Shown: piece after piece, positions 40,221-49,323 of the stretch
Layout: every line of letters starts with the position of its first letter
Numbering within the stretch: the stretch's first letter is position 1
IMG/VR virus record: IMGVR_UViG_2926558313_000004
Location: 64,001 to 128,000 of that record
From: a virus
Lineage: Duplodnaviria; Caudoviricetes
DNA length: 64,000 bases
Direction: 5' to 3' (one strand)
Made by a program: the position numbers and the translations under genes
The notes under the pieces: model-generated
Database searches by the model: none
The model's input: the letters and a program-made list of their open reading frames with translations, nothing else
What the model was told of the DNA's origin: nothing

Positions 40221-40718
40221 ATGGAGCAAGAATATATAATGAGGGAGTTATTTTCTGAGTTTGCTCAGGATGAAACAATCCTCCGGTTACTTTTCTACCC
40301 CTCCAAAACTAGAGATGATGATGTACGTGTTATAGATGAAAATCGTCCTCCTATATTGCAGATGGAAGAGGATAGAAAATGGGGTATTATTTATGATGTC
40401 ATAAAGGCTAGTAAAATAGTTAGCGATTTAGATGCCAGTCAAAAGTGCCGCCTCCTATACTATATGGGACGTAGACCACCTAAAAGAAATAATTACATGT
40501 TTTCAGATCAGCAAGTAGTCATTGATTTGCTTGTTCACGCTAAAATTGACAATGTAGATTTTAGACTTTCAAAATTAGTTGATTACACAAGTAACAATTT
40601 ATTTCAGAAACCAATGAAATTTGGAAATTTAAATTTTGCTGGCGGCTATGAAATTGGAGCACCTAAAGACTACATAGGATATCAACTGAGATTTGAAGTT
40701 ATTTCCTCGAATGGTTAG
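40221..40718 (+). CDS. Putative tail completion/terminator protein
   Basis: 165 aa, position upstream of tail tube. Confidence 0.6.
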   Translation: MEQEYIMRELFSEFAQDETILRLLFYPSKTRDDDVRVIDENRPPILQMEEDRKWGIIYDVIKASKIVSDLDASQKCRLLYYMGRRPPKRNNYMFSDQQVVIDLLVHAKIDNVDFRLSKLVDYTSNNLFQKPMKFGNLNFAGGYEIGAPKDYIGYQLRFEVISSNG

Positions 40719-40726
40719 GTGGTATC

Positions 40727-41479
40727 ATGAAAAGCTTAACTGATGTGTGGGCAAAGCCTCATGAGTATAAAGGGATAAAAATATATCCCGTAAAAATTGG
40801 TGACTATGATAAGTTATTAAACTCGATTAACTGTCTATTACTTGATAAATATAAACTCCAAGAAAAAGATGTCAAATTCATAAAGATGTCCTACCTTCAA
40901 TATCTAATAGAGTTGGCTGTAACTAACACAGTTAATTTTCTTCCTCAATTAAAAGAACTATTGCTTCTTACTCTCAAAGACGAGATTACTCTATTCCAAA
41001 ATGAAAATGAACGAATTCAAATTGCTTTAAGTAACAATCAAGTAATTACTGAAAAGGATTTTCAAGCGATAAAAGAAATCATCCTTGCACAAAACTGTAT
41101 TTATAATGATACAGAACTTCGAGATCCAGAGTTAGAGAAAAAAATGCAAGAAGCTCGTGAATTTATGGAGAAGAAGAAAGGGAAAATAGCTGATTTAGAA
41201 CAGCAAATTGTAGCGTATCATTGCGCTTTTCAAATGCCTTATGACTACATACAAGAACTTACTATTTATCAGTTTAGAAAAGGCATCGAAAGAATGGATC
41301 ATTTGATGACTGCTAAAGCCATAAAGCAAGCACAATTTTCAGGATTTGCTAGTTTTAAAGATCCAGATAAGTTACCTACTTGGCTCTCACACATAGAAGA
41401 AGAGACAAATCCTAATAAAGACATCCTAATGTCTGAAAGTGAATTCAATAAGTTTTCAGCCGAAAAAGGCTTGAAATAA
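40727..41479 (+). CDS. Tail morphogenesis protein (YomV position)
   Basis: ELTIYQF motif as in tail chaperone-like proteins; position. Confidence 0.6.
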   Translation: MKSLTDVWAKPHEYKGIKIYPVKIGDYDKLLNSINCLLLDKYKLQEKDVKFIKMSYLQYLIELAVTNTVNFLPQLKELLLLTLKDEITLFQNENERIQIALSNNQVITEKDFQAIKEIILAQNCIYNDTELRDPELEKKMQEAREFMEKKKGKIADLEQQIVAYHCAFQMPYDYIQELTIYQFRKGIERMDHLMTAKAIKQAQFSGFASFKDPDKLPTWLSHIEEETNPNKDILMSESEFNKFSAEKGLK

Positions 41480-41510
41480 AATAAATTAAATATAATATGG
41501 AGGTTTTCCA

Positions 41511-42512
41511 ATGTCTAAGGATAAACAATTTTTAGTGTCTGTGGCAGATGTCTATATGTTTGACACTACTACAGATCAGCTTGTCATGAAAGGTAAAACT
41601 TTAATTAGTACTGCCCTTGCTCAAGAAATCCAGAATACAGAAATCTTCGGTGGTAAGGGAAGTCAGCTTCAATATGACTTTAATTATCAAAAGATGATTA
41701 CTGCAACTATTGAGGATAGTCAAGTTCTTGAAGACTACATTGCTTTAAACAACAATGCTCAAATTGCAAATGAACTTCGTGAATACTACATTGAAGAGAC
41801 TGTGGTTTTGGACGGTAGTGGTTCTGCAACTTTACAAGAAACACCGATCGGGAATGTTTATGTTGAGGCAGCTAATGGTACTACTTTAACAATTATTCCT
41901 AATGGTAAAGATATCACCGTTTCAGGATCAGAAGGCTCAGAAGTTAAATTAGTTTACCGTTATGAAACAATTATGGATCACATTACTATTGATGCTTCTA
42001 AATTCCCGAAAGCATATAAATTAGTAATGAATTCAGACTTTTATACGAAAGATGGTAAGTCTGCTGAAATGCAAATTACTATTCCACAGTTCAAACTTAA
42101 CGGCTCATTCAGTTTAGAAATGACACATGACGGAGTGAGTACATCTACACTTGAAGGAAAAGCTTTAGCTGATGGTAACAATAATTATGCCCACATTGAC
42201 ATTAAACGTTTGAATAATGAATCACCAACACTCGCTGCTTTGGCTGCCTCCCCTTCTGAAGTTCAACTTTCCATTGGTGCTGGAGGAGATTCTGAGCAGT
42301 TAACTGTATATGGTATTAGAGGTGGATTGTACTCGAATATTATTGTTCCTGCTTCTGAATTGACTTTTAGTTCTGATAACACTTCTGTTGCCTCAGTTAC
42401 TTCTTCTGGTTTGGTTGGAATTGCAAGTGAAGCTACTGAAGGTGACAAAACAACCATTCGTGTTACTGATGGAACTGTAACTGACGTTGTTGATGTAGAA
42501 ATTATTGAATAA
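41511..42512 (+). CDS. Major tail tube protein with C-terminal Ig-like (Big_2) domain
   Basis: TFSSDNTSVASVTSSGLV Big_2 signature; strong terminator follows at 42535-42567. Confidence 0.82.
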   Translation: MSKDKQFLVSVADVYMFDTTTDQLVMKGKTLISTALAQEIQNTEIFGGKGSQLQYDFNYQKMITATIEDSQVLEDYIALNNNAQIANELREYYIEETVVLDGSGSATLQETPIGNVYVEAANGTTLTIIPNGKDITVSGSEGSEVKLVYRYETIMDHITIDASKFPKAYKLVMNSDFYTKDGKSAEMQITIPQFKLNGSFSLEMTHDGVSTSTLEGKALADGNNNYAHIDIKRLNNESPTLAALAASPSEVQLSIGAGGDSEQLTVYGIRGGLYSNIIVPASELTFSSDNTSVASVTSSGLVGIASEATEGDKTTIRVTDGTVTDVVDVEIIE

Positions 42513-42597
42513 ATAAAGTGAATAATATACATAAACTTGAGTGGCTTCGTTCGAGGTCGCTCAAGTAAATTTAAAAGGATTAAAAGGAGTGATTTGA

Positions 42598-43197
42598 TTG
42601 GGAAAGCAATCTAAAAAGATTCAAAAGACTGTTTCAAAAAAAGAGCCTCTTCTCTCTTCTGTACTTAAAGAAGAAGTACAGATGTATGATGAATTTATAG
42701 ACATCCCTTTTGTTCCCATTGGTCACGAAAAAGAGATTGTAATTAGAATGTACCCTCTTTTCAAGCCTGAAAAGGTGCGTGATTGTGTTGCTGACTATTT
42801 TAGCTTTATTGCACAATGCAAAAAGGAGCAGATTGTTATTCAGGAAGTCGAAGTAGACGATATACTAGGGTATTTTATCATCAAGCATTTTACTAATGCT
42901 AAGCTTACGAAGGGTAAGAAAGCAAAAACAGTATATGATGAGTTTAAAATTCTCATTAATTCACATTTTTACAAAGAATTGATTAGTTATTTCCCAGAAG
43001 AATCAATCAAATCTGTACATAATCGCCGTTTTGAATTGATTGAGACTGTAGGAAAAATGGAAAAGCAATTCAATCAAATAAATGAGGAACTGGCAAAACT
43101 TCCCCTAGAGAACAGAGAAGCTATTGAAAAGGCATTTGGAAAAATTGGGATAGATCAAAGTGCAGATGAGGTTGTAAATAATAAACCTATTCAATAA
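42598..43197 (+). CDS. Putative tail assembly chaperone
   Basis: Directly downstream of tail tube; TTG start, AAAGGAG RBS. Confidence 0.6.
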   Translation: MGKQSKKIQKTVSKKEPLLSSVLKEEVQMYDEFIDIPFVPIGHEKEIVIRMYPLFKPEKVRDCVADYFSFIAQCKKEQIVIQEVEVDDILGYFIIKHFTNAKLTKGKKAKTVYDEFKILINSHFYKELISYFPEESIKSVHNRRFELIETVGKMEKQFNQINEELAKLPLENREAIEKAFGKIGIDQSADEVVNNKPIQ

Positions 43198-43310
43198 GGT
43201 CAATAATTGGATATTGCTGCAGTATGTAAAGTTTCACATTTTTCTTATGTTCCTACTCCCTATTCAAAAGAAAAATAAAAACTAATTAAAAGAACGCTTT
43301 TATCGGATGT

Positions 43311-43742
43311 GTGAAGATGGCAAAGAAAAATGTTACAAATTTAAATGAGTTATTCGCTTATTTAAATAATCAGTTAAAGAACACTGTTCAAAATCGTGAT
43401 GGTGAAGTTATTAAAGAAACAATTGATACAGCTAAAAACAGAGTTGATGAAGATGTATATGCCGTTTATGATCCTCGAATTTATCAACGTACTGGTCAAT
43501 TGCGTGAAGAATGGGAAGTCATTAACACTGCAAATGGCGTAGCTATTTTTAATAGTCGTCGAGATGGAAATACTTATGTTGCTGAAGTTGTTGAGACTGG
43601 TCAAGGCTATTCATACAGTTTCCCCTATGATGGTGTCCCTCGCCCATTTACGGCTAATACAAGAGAAGAGCTAATAAAGTCAGGAAAATTAAATGAAGCT
43701 CTAAAAAAAGATTTAAGAAAGCTTAGGTTTAAAGTTATCTAA
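43311..43742 (+). CDS. HK97 gp10-like neck/tail protein
   Basis: YQRTGQLR, YVAEVVETG, PRPF motifs. Confidence 0.7.
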   Translation: MKMAKKNVTNLNELFAYLNNQLKNTVQNRDGEVIKETIDTAKNRVDEDVYAVYDPRIYQRTGQLREEWEVINTANGVAIFNSRRDGNTYVAEVVETGQGYSYSFPYDGVPRPFTANTREELIKSGKLNEALKKDLRKLRFKVI

Positions 43743-43838
43743 TACGATAATTGAAATTATTAAAATTATGCATAGTTTTGATTGATGTTGAGTGGGAATT
43801 GCGTTTATAACGTGGTTCCTACTTTTTTGTTAAGGTAG

Positions 43839-44864
43839 GTGAATTTATTGGGAAAGATCAAACGAATAAAATATTTTACTCCTGAAAAGAAATCCCTCAT
43901 TTCAGAAGAAAATAGGAAGTTATATGAGAAATATTTAAAAAGCTCGATTATCAAAAATAAAGATGTGAAAGAAACTACCTATAAGGTTTATCAAAATTAC
44001 ATGGATCACTTTCTAGTTTATTTAGCTGAAGAATGGGATAATATCGGCTTATATAGCGAAGAATTCATGGAAGAAGCAGTAGATATTATGGAAGGATTTA
44101 TTGGTTTTTGCCAAGAAACTCTATTTAATAATAAGAAAGTAATAAACACTAAACTTAGTACTGTTTCAAGTTTTTATTTATGGAGTCTTAAAAGAGGATT
44201 GATTGATAGACACCCATTTGATAAGAAGCTTGAAAGAATGAAGGGTGCAAACGACGAAAAAATCAGAGATTCATATTATCTAACAGAAGAGCAAGTTCTA
44301 CAAATCCAAGATGGCTTATTGAATGATAAACGATATGATTTTCAGGATAGGCTTATTTGGAATATAGCTCTAGACTCCGCTAATCGGGTTGGCGCTCTAT
44401 CTCGCTTAACTATCTCTTCCTTAGATCTAGAGAATATGGTATTTGAAAATATAAGAGAAAAACGAGGCAAAATCGTAGAAGTTGCATTTGAAGAGGAAAC
44501 TAAGCTATTAATTGAAGAATGGCTTGAAATGAGAAAAGAGATGGATAATTTAGAAATTGATTCATTCTTTTTAACTAAATATAAGGGCAATTATAAACCA
44601 ATGGATTATGGAACTATTCAAAATCGAGTTAAAAAGATAGGTACTATTATTGGAATTGAAGATTTTTATGTTCATACTATTCGCAAAACAAAGTTGAACT
44701 TGCTATATGAACAGACTGGGAATATCGACATGGTTGCTGAATGGGCAAACCATGAATCTATTGAAACTAGTAAGAAACATTACATAAAACCAAAATCTAA
44801 GGCTCAGCTTAGACGTGAGATGAGAGAATTAATTAAGAAAAATAGAGATGAAAAGAAGAAATAA
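43839..44864 (+). CDS. Tyrosine recombinase/integrase (YomM position)
   Basis: ANRVGAL (R), EKRGK (K), HTIRK (HxxR), ANH, KHY (Y); hairpin terminator at 44884-44903. Confidence 0.9.
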   Translation: MNLLGKIKRIKYFTPEKKSLISEENRKLYEKYLKSSIIKNKDVKETTYKVYQNYMDHFLVYLAEEWDNIGLYSEEFMEEAVDIMEGFIGFCQETLFNNKKVINTKLSTVSSFYLWSLKRGLIDRHPFDKKLERMKGANDEKIRDSYYLTEEQVLQIQDGLLNDKRYDFQDRLIWNIALDSANRVGALSRLTISSLDLENMVFENIREKRGKIVEVAFEEETKLLIEEWLEMRKEMDNLEIDSFFLTKYKGNYKPMDYGTIQNRVKKIGTIIGIEDFYVHTIRKTKLNLLYEQTGNIDMVAEWANHESIETSKKHYIKPKSKAQLRREMRELIKKNRDEKKK

Positions 44865-45274
44865 ATTTTATTTAGATCTACTCCCCCTCTTCTGAGAGGG
44901 GTTTACATGTGAGTAAAAATAGTTCTTGACAAATGACATTATTACAATTGTGTAATTTAAATAAAAATGGTATAATTTCCTTAAAAATAAGAGTTTAGTA
45001 ATAGTTAAGAGGAGGAGATAGTGACTTCAAGCATCTGTAAAATACCAGTTTATTTTTAAACCCAAGAAAAATGAAGAATTTATGAGGATTAGAAAAATAA
45101 TAATTAAAAAGGCATCTGAATGTTAACAATCAATATTAAGAAACCTTTTAAGTTGATTAATAAAAATTAAATCCTGATGATATTTGTTATTTAATTTATC
45201 CACATAATAAAAACTAGTAACAATTGCTAGTTAAAACATTTTTATTTTTTCATCTAAATTGAGGAGCGATGAAA

Positions 45275-45442
45275 ATGACAAAAAAACTTGAAAAACTTAA
45301 AGAGGTAAAACCACTTCGTTCTCTTGAATTTAAACCTGAATTCGAACACTTGAAAGAATTCCCAATTATTACAGGTAAGCAAAACAGAGAAAAAAGACTC
45401 AAGCGAGCAAAAAAGAATGCATTATTAATTCAGAGAGGTTAA
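45275..45442 (+). CDS. Small basic protein (55 aa) upstream of GNAT, not in ORF track
   Basis: GAGGAG RBS; MTKKLEKLKEVKPLRSLEF...NREKRLKRAKKNALLIQRG. Confidence 0.65.
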   Translation: MTKKLEKLKEVKPLRSLEFKPEFEHLKEFPIITGKQNREKRLKRAKKNALLIQRG

Positions 45443-45453
45443 ATAGTTCCAAG

Positions 45454-45981
45454 ATGAGTAAAGTCAATGTTGAAGATATAACAGTTAAAAGATATAGGTA
45501 CGGAGACAGTCTACCTGCTCTAAATACCGGAAGAGAGCAGGTAGACCATATTTATAAACATTACATATCAATATTAGAACAGCAACAAAGAGCAATTTCT
45601 AATATGTTTTATTTAAATTCTGAATGTGTGGGATTTTGTATTTTATTAACAGATAGAATATCCAAATCAGCAACCAAAGTTTTTCTTGGAGGCTCTTATC
45701 CAACTTTCTTCCCTGCTATACAATTATATTGTATAGGTGTAAAAAAAGAATATCAATCTTCGGGAATTGGCTCGTCTATCATGGATTGGATTTTGTATAC
45801 TGTGAATGAAATGAGAAATAATGTAGGGATTAGTTTTTTAGTTCTTGAATCCTACAATGATGAAAAATTATTGGAATTTTATCGTTCGAATGAGTTTGTT
45901 AAGTGGAAATATGTCATTGATCCACCTGAAGATTTGATACCACTTGTGTATGACTTTCGCGGTTTAGAAGGTGACATATAG
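45454..45981 (+). CDS. GNAT acetyltransferase, TacT/AtaT toxin-like
   Basis: FPAIQLYCIGVKKEYQSSGIG (QxxGxG), LVLES, FYRSNEF. Confidence 0.8.
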   Translation: MSKVNVEDITVKRYRYGDSLPALNTGREQVDHIYKHYISILEQQQRAISNMFYLNSECVGFCILLTDRISKSATKVFLGGSYPTFFPAIQLYCIGVKKEYQSSGIGSSIMDWILYTVNEMRNNVGISFLVLESYNDEKLLEFYRSNEFVKWKYVIDPPEDLIPLVYDFRGLEGDI

Positions 45982-46022
45982 AGGGAATGATATTCATAGG
46001 TATCAATAAGGAGATGATGCTT

Positions 46023-46142
46023 ATGAAAATTAGAAAGTCTCTTCACCTCATAGAAACGGAAAAGAAAAACAAGAAAATTAGACAGAATAGATTAGACAAG
46101 GCTTTAAAAAATGCCAAAAAAATTACCAAAGAAAAAAATTAA
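46023..46142 (+). CDS. Small basic protein (39 aa) downstream of GNAT, not in ORF track
   Basis: AAGGAGATG RBS; MKIRKSLHLIETEKKNKKIRQNRLDKALKNAKKITKEKN. Confidence 0.6.
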   Translation: MKIRKSLHLIETEKKNKKIRQNRLDKALKNAKKITKEKN

Positions 46143-46180
46143 TGTGTTGAATGTTTTTACTCCCCTCCCCCACTCCATTT

Positions 46181-46233
46181 CCATAATAAAAAGACATGAA
46201 CAGTAAAAATTAATTCATGTCTTTTTATTATGG
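46181..46233. terminator. 20-bp perfect inverted repeat, probable bidirectional terminator
   Basis: CCATAATAAAAAGACATGAA-13nt-TTCATGTCTTTTTATTATGG between convergent genes. Confidence 0.7.
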
Positions 46234-46243
46234 GAAAAATGCG

Positions 46244-46486
46244 TTATTCGGTAATTAATTTCTCATTCGCTTCATCTACTTCAAAAATATAGAATAAATC
46301 TTCTATCTTTACATCTAATGCACTAGCAATAGTCACAAGATGCACATCTTTATGTTGTTTATTTTTATCAAATCGAGAAATTGTTCCTTGTCCTATTCCT
46401 GTAATTTTTGATAAATCTACTTGTGTCATTCCTCTTTCCTTAAGTAGTTCATTAAGTTTTGGAGTCACTATATATCGCATATTCAA
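46244..46486 (-). CDS. XRE/Cro-family HTH regulator
   Basis: LKERGMTQVDLSKITGIGQGTISRF...IASALDVKIEDLF. Confidence 0.9.
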   Translation of the reverse strand: MNMRYIVTPKLNELLKERGMTQVDLSKITGIGQGTISRFDKNKQHKDVHLVTIASALDVKIEDLFYIFEVDEANEKLITE

Positions 46487-46620
46487 CCTCCTATACTCCT
46501 TTATTATGACTAATTTGTTTTAAAAAATCAACAAGGAAAAAACTTAAATTCATATTGACTATTCGTTATCGAATATTATATAATAATGGCAAGAAAGTCA
46601 TATTGAAGGAGCTGTTCAAA

Positions 46621-46842
46621 ATGAAAAGCTGTGTATTTGGGACGATTAGTTATGATGTGTCATTGGAGCTTGAATGCGATAAGGATAAGGCTTTGATGGA
46701 GGCTTATAGGAGGATAAGTGACTTGAATTTTGGAGACAAACTAGTATTATATGACATAAGTGGCAGGAAAATTGGTGCAATGGATATACATAGTGGAGAT
46801 GTCGAGTGGAAATTGGCGATTGCGGATAATGAGGTTTTGTAG
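46621..46842 (+). CDS. Hypothetical protein (start MKSCV)
   Basis: AAGGAG RBS; TTGACT-17nt-TATAAT promoter at 46555-46583. Confidence 0.7.
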   Translation: MKSCVFGTISYDVSLELECDKDKALMEAYRRISDLNFGDKLVLYDISGRKIGAMDIHSGDVEWKLAIADNEVL

Positions 46843-46847
46843 ATAAA

Positions 46848-47249
46848 ATGAAGATGAGGAGTTGTGAAGAGGTGAAAAAGAATCAAACAAAGATTAAATT
46901 TTACCGTAACGGTACTTCTACTGAGATTGAGTTAGATAAGGATGAGAAAGTAGAAGGATTCGTAATTACAGAAGCTCACTTAGACCTGAATAACAGGATT
47001 AGCAATACTGAATTTGATATTCTGGGAGTGGAAGCTACAGAAGCAAATAGTTTTCAAGACGCTGTTGATATTTATAATGATAAATTTAATGAGTATGAAA
47101 AGAAATCTTTTGATTGGAAAGGTTATTCTGCTGGATGTTTGAAGTTTTATTGGAGTAATGAAGAAACAGATGTTCTCACCTATCTAAAATTAAACTATAA
47201 TGGAGAAGAAGTCATGGATTTTGATTTTGAAGAGCTTGGTTTTTTATAA
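46848..47249 (+). CDS. Hypothetical acidic protein
   Basis: ORF, co-transcribed with previous gene. Confidence 0.7.
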   Translation: MKMRSCEEVKKNQTKIKFYRNGTSTEIELDKDEKVEGFVITEAHLDLNNRISNTEFDILGVEATEANSFQDAVDIYNDKFNEYEKKSFDWKGYSAGCLKFYWSNEETDVLTYLKLNYNGEEVMDFDFEELGFL

Positions 47250-47353
47250 TTTCATTAATTGTTTGCCCCATTCCACCCTTTTACATATAATGTAGGTAAT
47301 ACATACCAATAATAAGGTATTAGCTTACTAACTATAGAAAGGGTGGTTTTATT

Positions 47354-47728
47354 TTGATTAAAAGGCTGATTTTATTTAGTGGAATTATTTTATTAATATT
47401 AGGTGGGTGTGGTACGAAGGCGTCTACAAGTCATGAGATCAGAGATGTATTTATTCACCATGCCAATTTGACTATGAAAGAAATAGAGGAATGTTACTCT
47501 TCATTTGACAAATGTGAATATGAAAATGTACTTTCGGAAATGAAGTCATATGTAGATTTTTCATCCACAGTTCTTGAAATGAGTCCCGACGAAGAAAAAT
47601 TATTTAATGATGTTTGGAATGCACAGCAAACCCTTTCAGATATTTACTTAAAGAGGCAGATAGATAAACTTGATGATCTAGACGAACAGATAGGAATAGT
47701 AAGAGATATTATAGGTATTATTGAATAA
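47354..47728 (+). CDS. Lipoprotein, possible superinfection-exclusion factor
   Basis: Signal peptide with lipobox LGGC; own TATAAT upstream. Confidence 0.75.
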   Translation: MIKRLILFSGIILLILGGCGTKASTSHEIRDVFIHHANLTMKEIEECYSSFDKCEYENVLSEMKSYVDFSSTVLEMSPDEEKLFNDVWNAQQTLSDIYLKRQIDKLDDLDEQIGIVRDIIGIIE

Positions 47729-47787
47729 GGTTGTATAGAATGTTAGCTATATTAATTCAGAGATGAGTAGACTAGAAAAATTTGTTT

Positions 47788-47813
47788 AACGACTAGAAAA
47801 TTTTCTAGTCGTT
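47788..47813. repeat. Perfect 26-bp palindrome
   Basis: AACGACTAGAAAATTTTCTAGTCGTT overlapping the stop of 47805..48029; extra GACTAGAAAA copy at 47770. Confidence 0.8.
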
Positions 47814-48029
47814 TTTATTTTGTTTTATATTTTTCATCGCTTCCACTATCTCAGAATATTCATCATTTAAATATCTCTCAACAGCACGATCTAAAAGTCT
47901 CGTTTTTGGCATCCCTGTCTCTCGATGTACTTGATCTAGATATTCAAACAAATCATTTCGCAATGTGCTACTTAAAGGTCTCCTATGCTTAAGGTCTCTA
48001 ATTCCCAATATATGACTCCCTTTCAACAA
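47805..48029 (-). CDS. Ribbon-helix-helix DNA-binding protein
   Basis: RDLKHRRPLSSTL...L...ETGMPKTRLLDRAVE, RHH pattern. Confidence 0.8.
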   Translation of the reverse strand: MLKGSHILGIRDLKHRRPLSSTLRNDLFEYLDQVHRETGMPKTRLLDRAVERYLNDEYSEIVEAMKNIKQNKND

Positions 48030-48196
48030 CTTAATTCTATAACGTTCTATAACTTTCTTTATATTACTTTAACATCAAAAAGCCATACTTTCAATAAAAT
48101 AACCAATAAAAACAAAATAATCTTGAACGTTAATTAACGTTGTGGTATATTGTACTCAAGCAAGAAAAACATTCCAATATACTAGGAGTTGATCAA

Positions 48197-48403
48197 ATGT
48201 CGTACACATTGTATGTGAGTGCAGAACAAGTAATTTCTCTTGATATTGATTGTGAAAGCGAAGAATCGGCACTGGAGAAAGCTAACGAAATTCTCTCCGC
48301 TATCAAAAATCATATTGAGAAGAAATTAACAGACGAAGGTGCATATGTACATAGCAGCGAGATGGTTGTTGAGTTGGTAACAGTGAAGGATGAAGTTCTG
48401 TAA
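48197..48403 (+). CDS. Hypothetical protein (start MSYTL)
   Basis: AGGAG RBS; TTGAAC...TATATT promoter at 48123-48151. Confidence 0.7.
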   Translation: MSYTLYVSAEQVISLDIDCESEESALEKANEILSAIKNHIEKKLTDEGAYVHSSEMVVELVTVKDEVL

Positions 48404-48435
48404 GCTAGGTTCTAAAATAATGAGATTAAAAGGAG

Positions 48436-49323
48436 ATGTTAGAAATGGGTGCTAAAGTGAATGAGTTGCAATTAATTGAGGGTGGAAAAGATGTCAGAGA
48501 TAAGTTCATTGGCAAAGTTGAGATTTTAGAGCGTATGAAAGAATTAAGCTTATTACCAGATGGAGAAAATGCAAACACTGAAATGGTTGCAGAGTTTTAC
48601 GGGGTTTCAAAATCAACAATAGAAAGTGTCGTAGAAGACAATCGAAACGAAGTAATTGAAGATGGATACAATGTCTTAAAAGGCGCTGAGCTAAAGATTT
48701 TTAAAGGTAACACCCTACAAGGGTGCAACCTTAACAATAAGCTAAAATATGCCAGACAGATCGCCCTCTTCCCCCGTAGAGCAATCCTTCGTGTCGGTAT
48801 GTTGCTTCGTGATTCAGAAGTAGCTAAGCAAGTGAGAACATACTTGCTAAATGTAGAAGAGATTGCCTCCCCTACTCAAAAAGAAACGGCTAGAAAGCCA
48901 GCATGGACAACCGAAGAAGACCTAATTGTTTTGAACTCTGTCTTAATGAGCGTTAATAACGATGGGACGTTAACCGAGGGTTTAAAAGAAGCAAGTCAAA
49001 AATTGAACAGAAAATTCTCTACTGTAAATAGTCGTTGGCAATATAGTATAAGACATGTTGCTGACAAAGAAGTATTAGATAAGATCAAGAGCAACGTGGA
49101 TAGACACATGAAGAAAGATAGATCTGATGAAAATGAAGCAAATGAACTTCGCTTAGAAATTGGCTATCAGATAGACTCAGTATATCGTGAGAATTGTGAA
49201 CTAAAGAAAGAAAATGAAATACTAAAGTCTGATAATGAGAAATTAAAAAGAATGTACAAGAAGCTAAAATCAGAACACACAACCGTTATAGCTTATCCGA
49301 ACGGAAAAACCCATCGCCTTTAG
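48436..49323 (+). CDS. Antirepressor-like regulator with RsfA-like domain; native C-terminus displaced by IS (continues 50801..50858)
   Basis: N-term VAEFYGV...FPRRAILRVGMLLRDSEVAKQVRTYLL; AWTTEEDL...KLNR...RWQYSIR RsfA-type repeat; coiled coil. Confidence 0.75.
   Translation: MLEMGAKVNELQLIEGGKDVRDKFIGKVEILERMKELSLLPDGENANTEMVAEFYGVSKSTIESVVEDNRNEVIEDGYNVLKGAELKIFKGNTLQGCNLNNKLKYARQIALFPRRAILRVGMLLRDSEVAKQVRTYLLNVEEIASPTQKETARKPAWTTEEDLIVLNSVLMSVNNDGTLTEGLKEASQKLNRKFSTVNSRWQYSIRHVADKEVLDKIKSNVDRHMKKDRSDENEANELRLEIGYQIDSVYRENCELKKENEILKSDNEKLKRMYKKLKSEHTTVIAYPNGKTHRL

Noticed and set aside
43160-43290. Possible programmed frameshift extension of the tail chaperone (alternative frame NLFNKVNNWILLQY...)
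   Set aside because: No clear slippery heptamer or start codon seen; cannot support
45196-45204. Single TTATCCACA DnaA boxes here and at 53331
   Set aside because: Isolated copies, one inside an intron stem; compatible with chance
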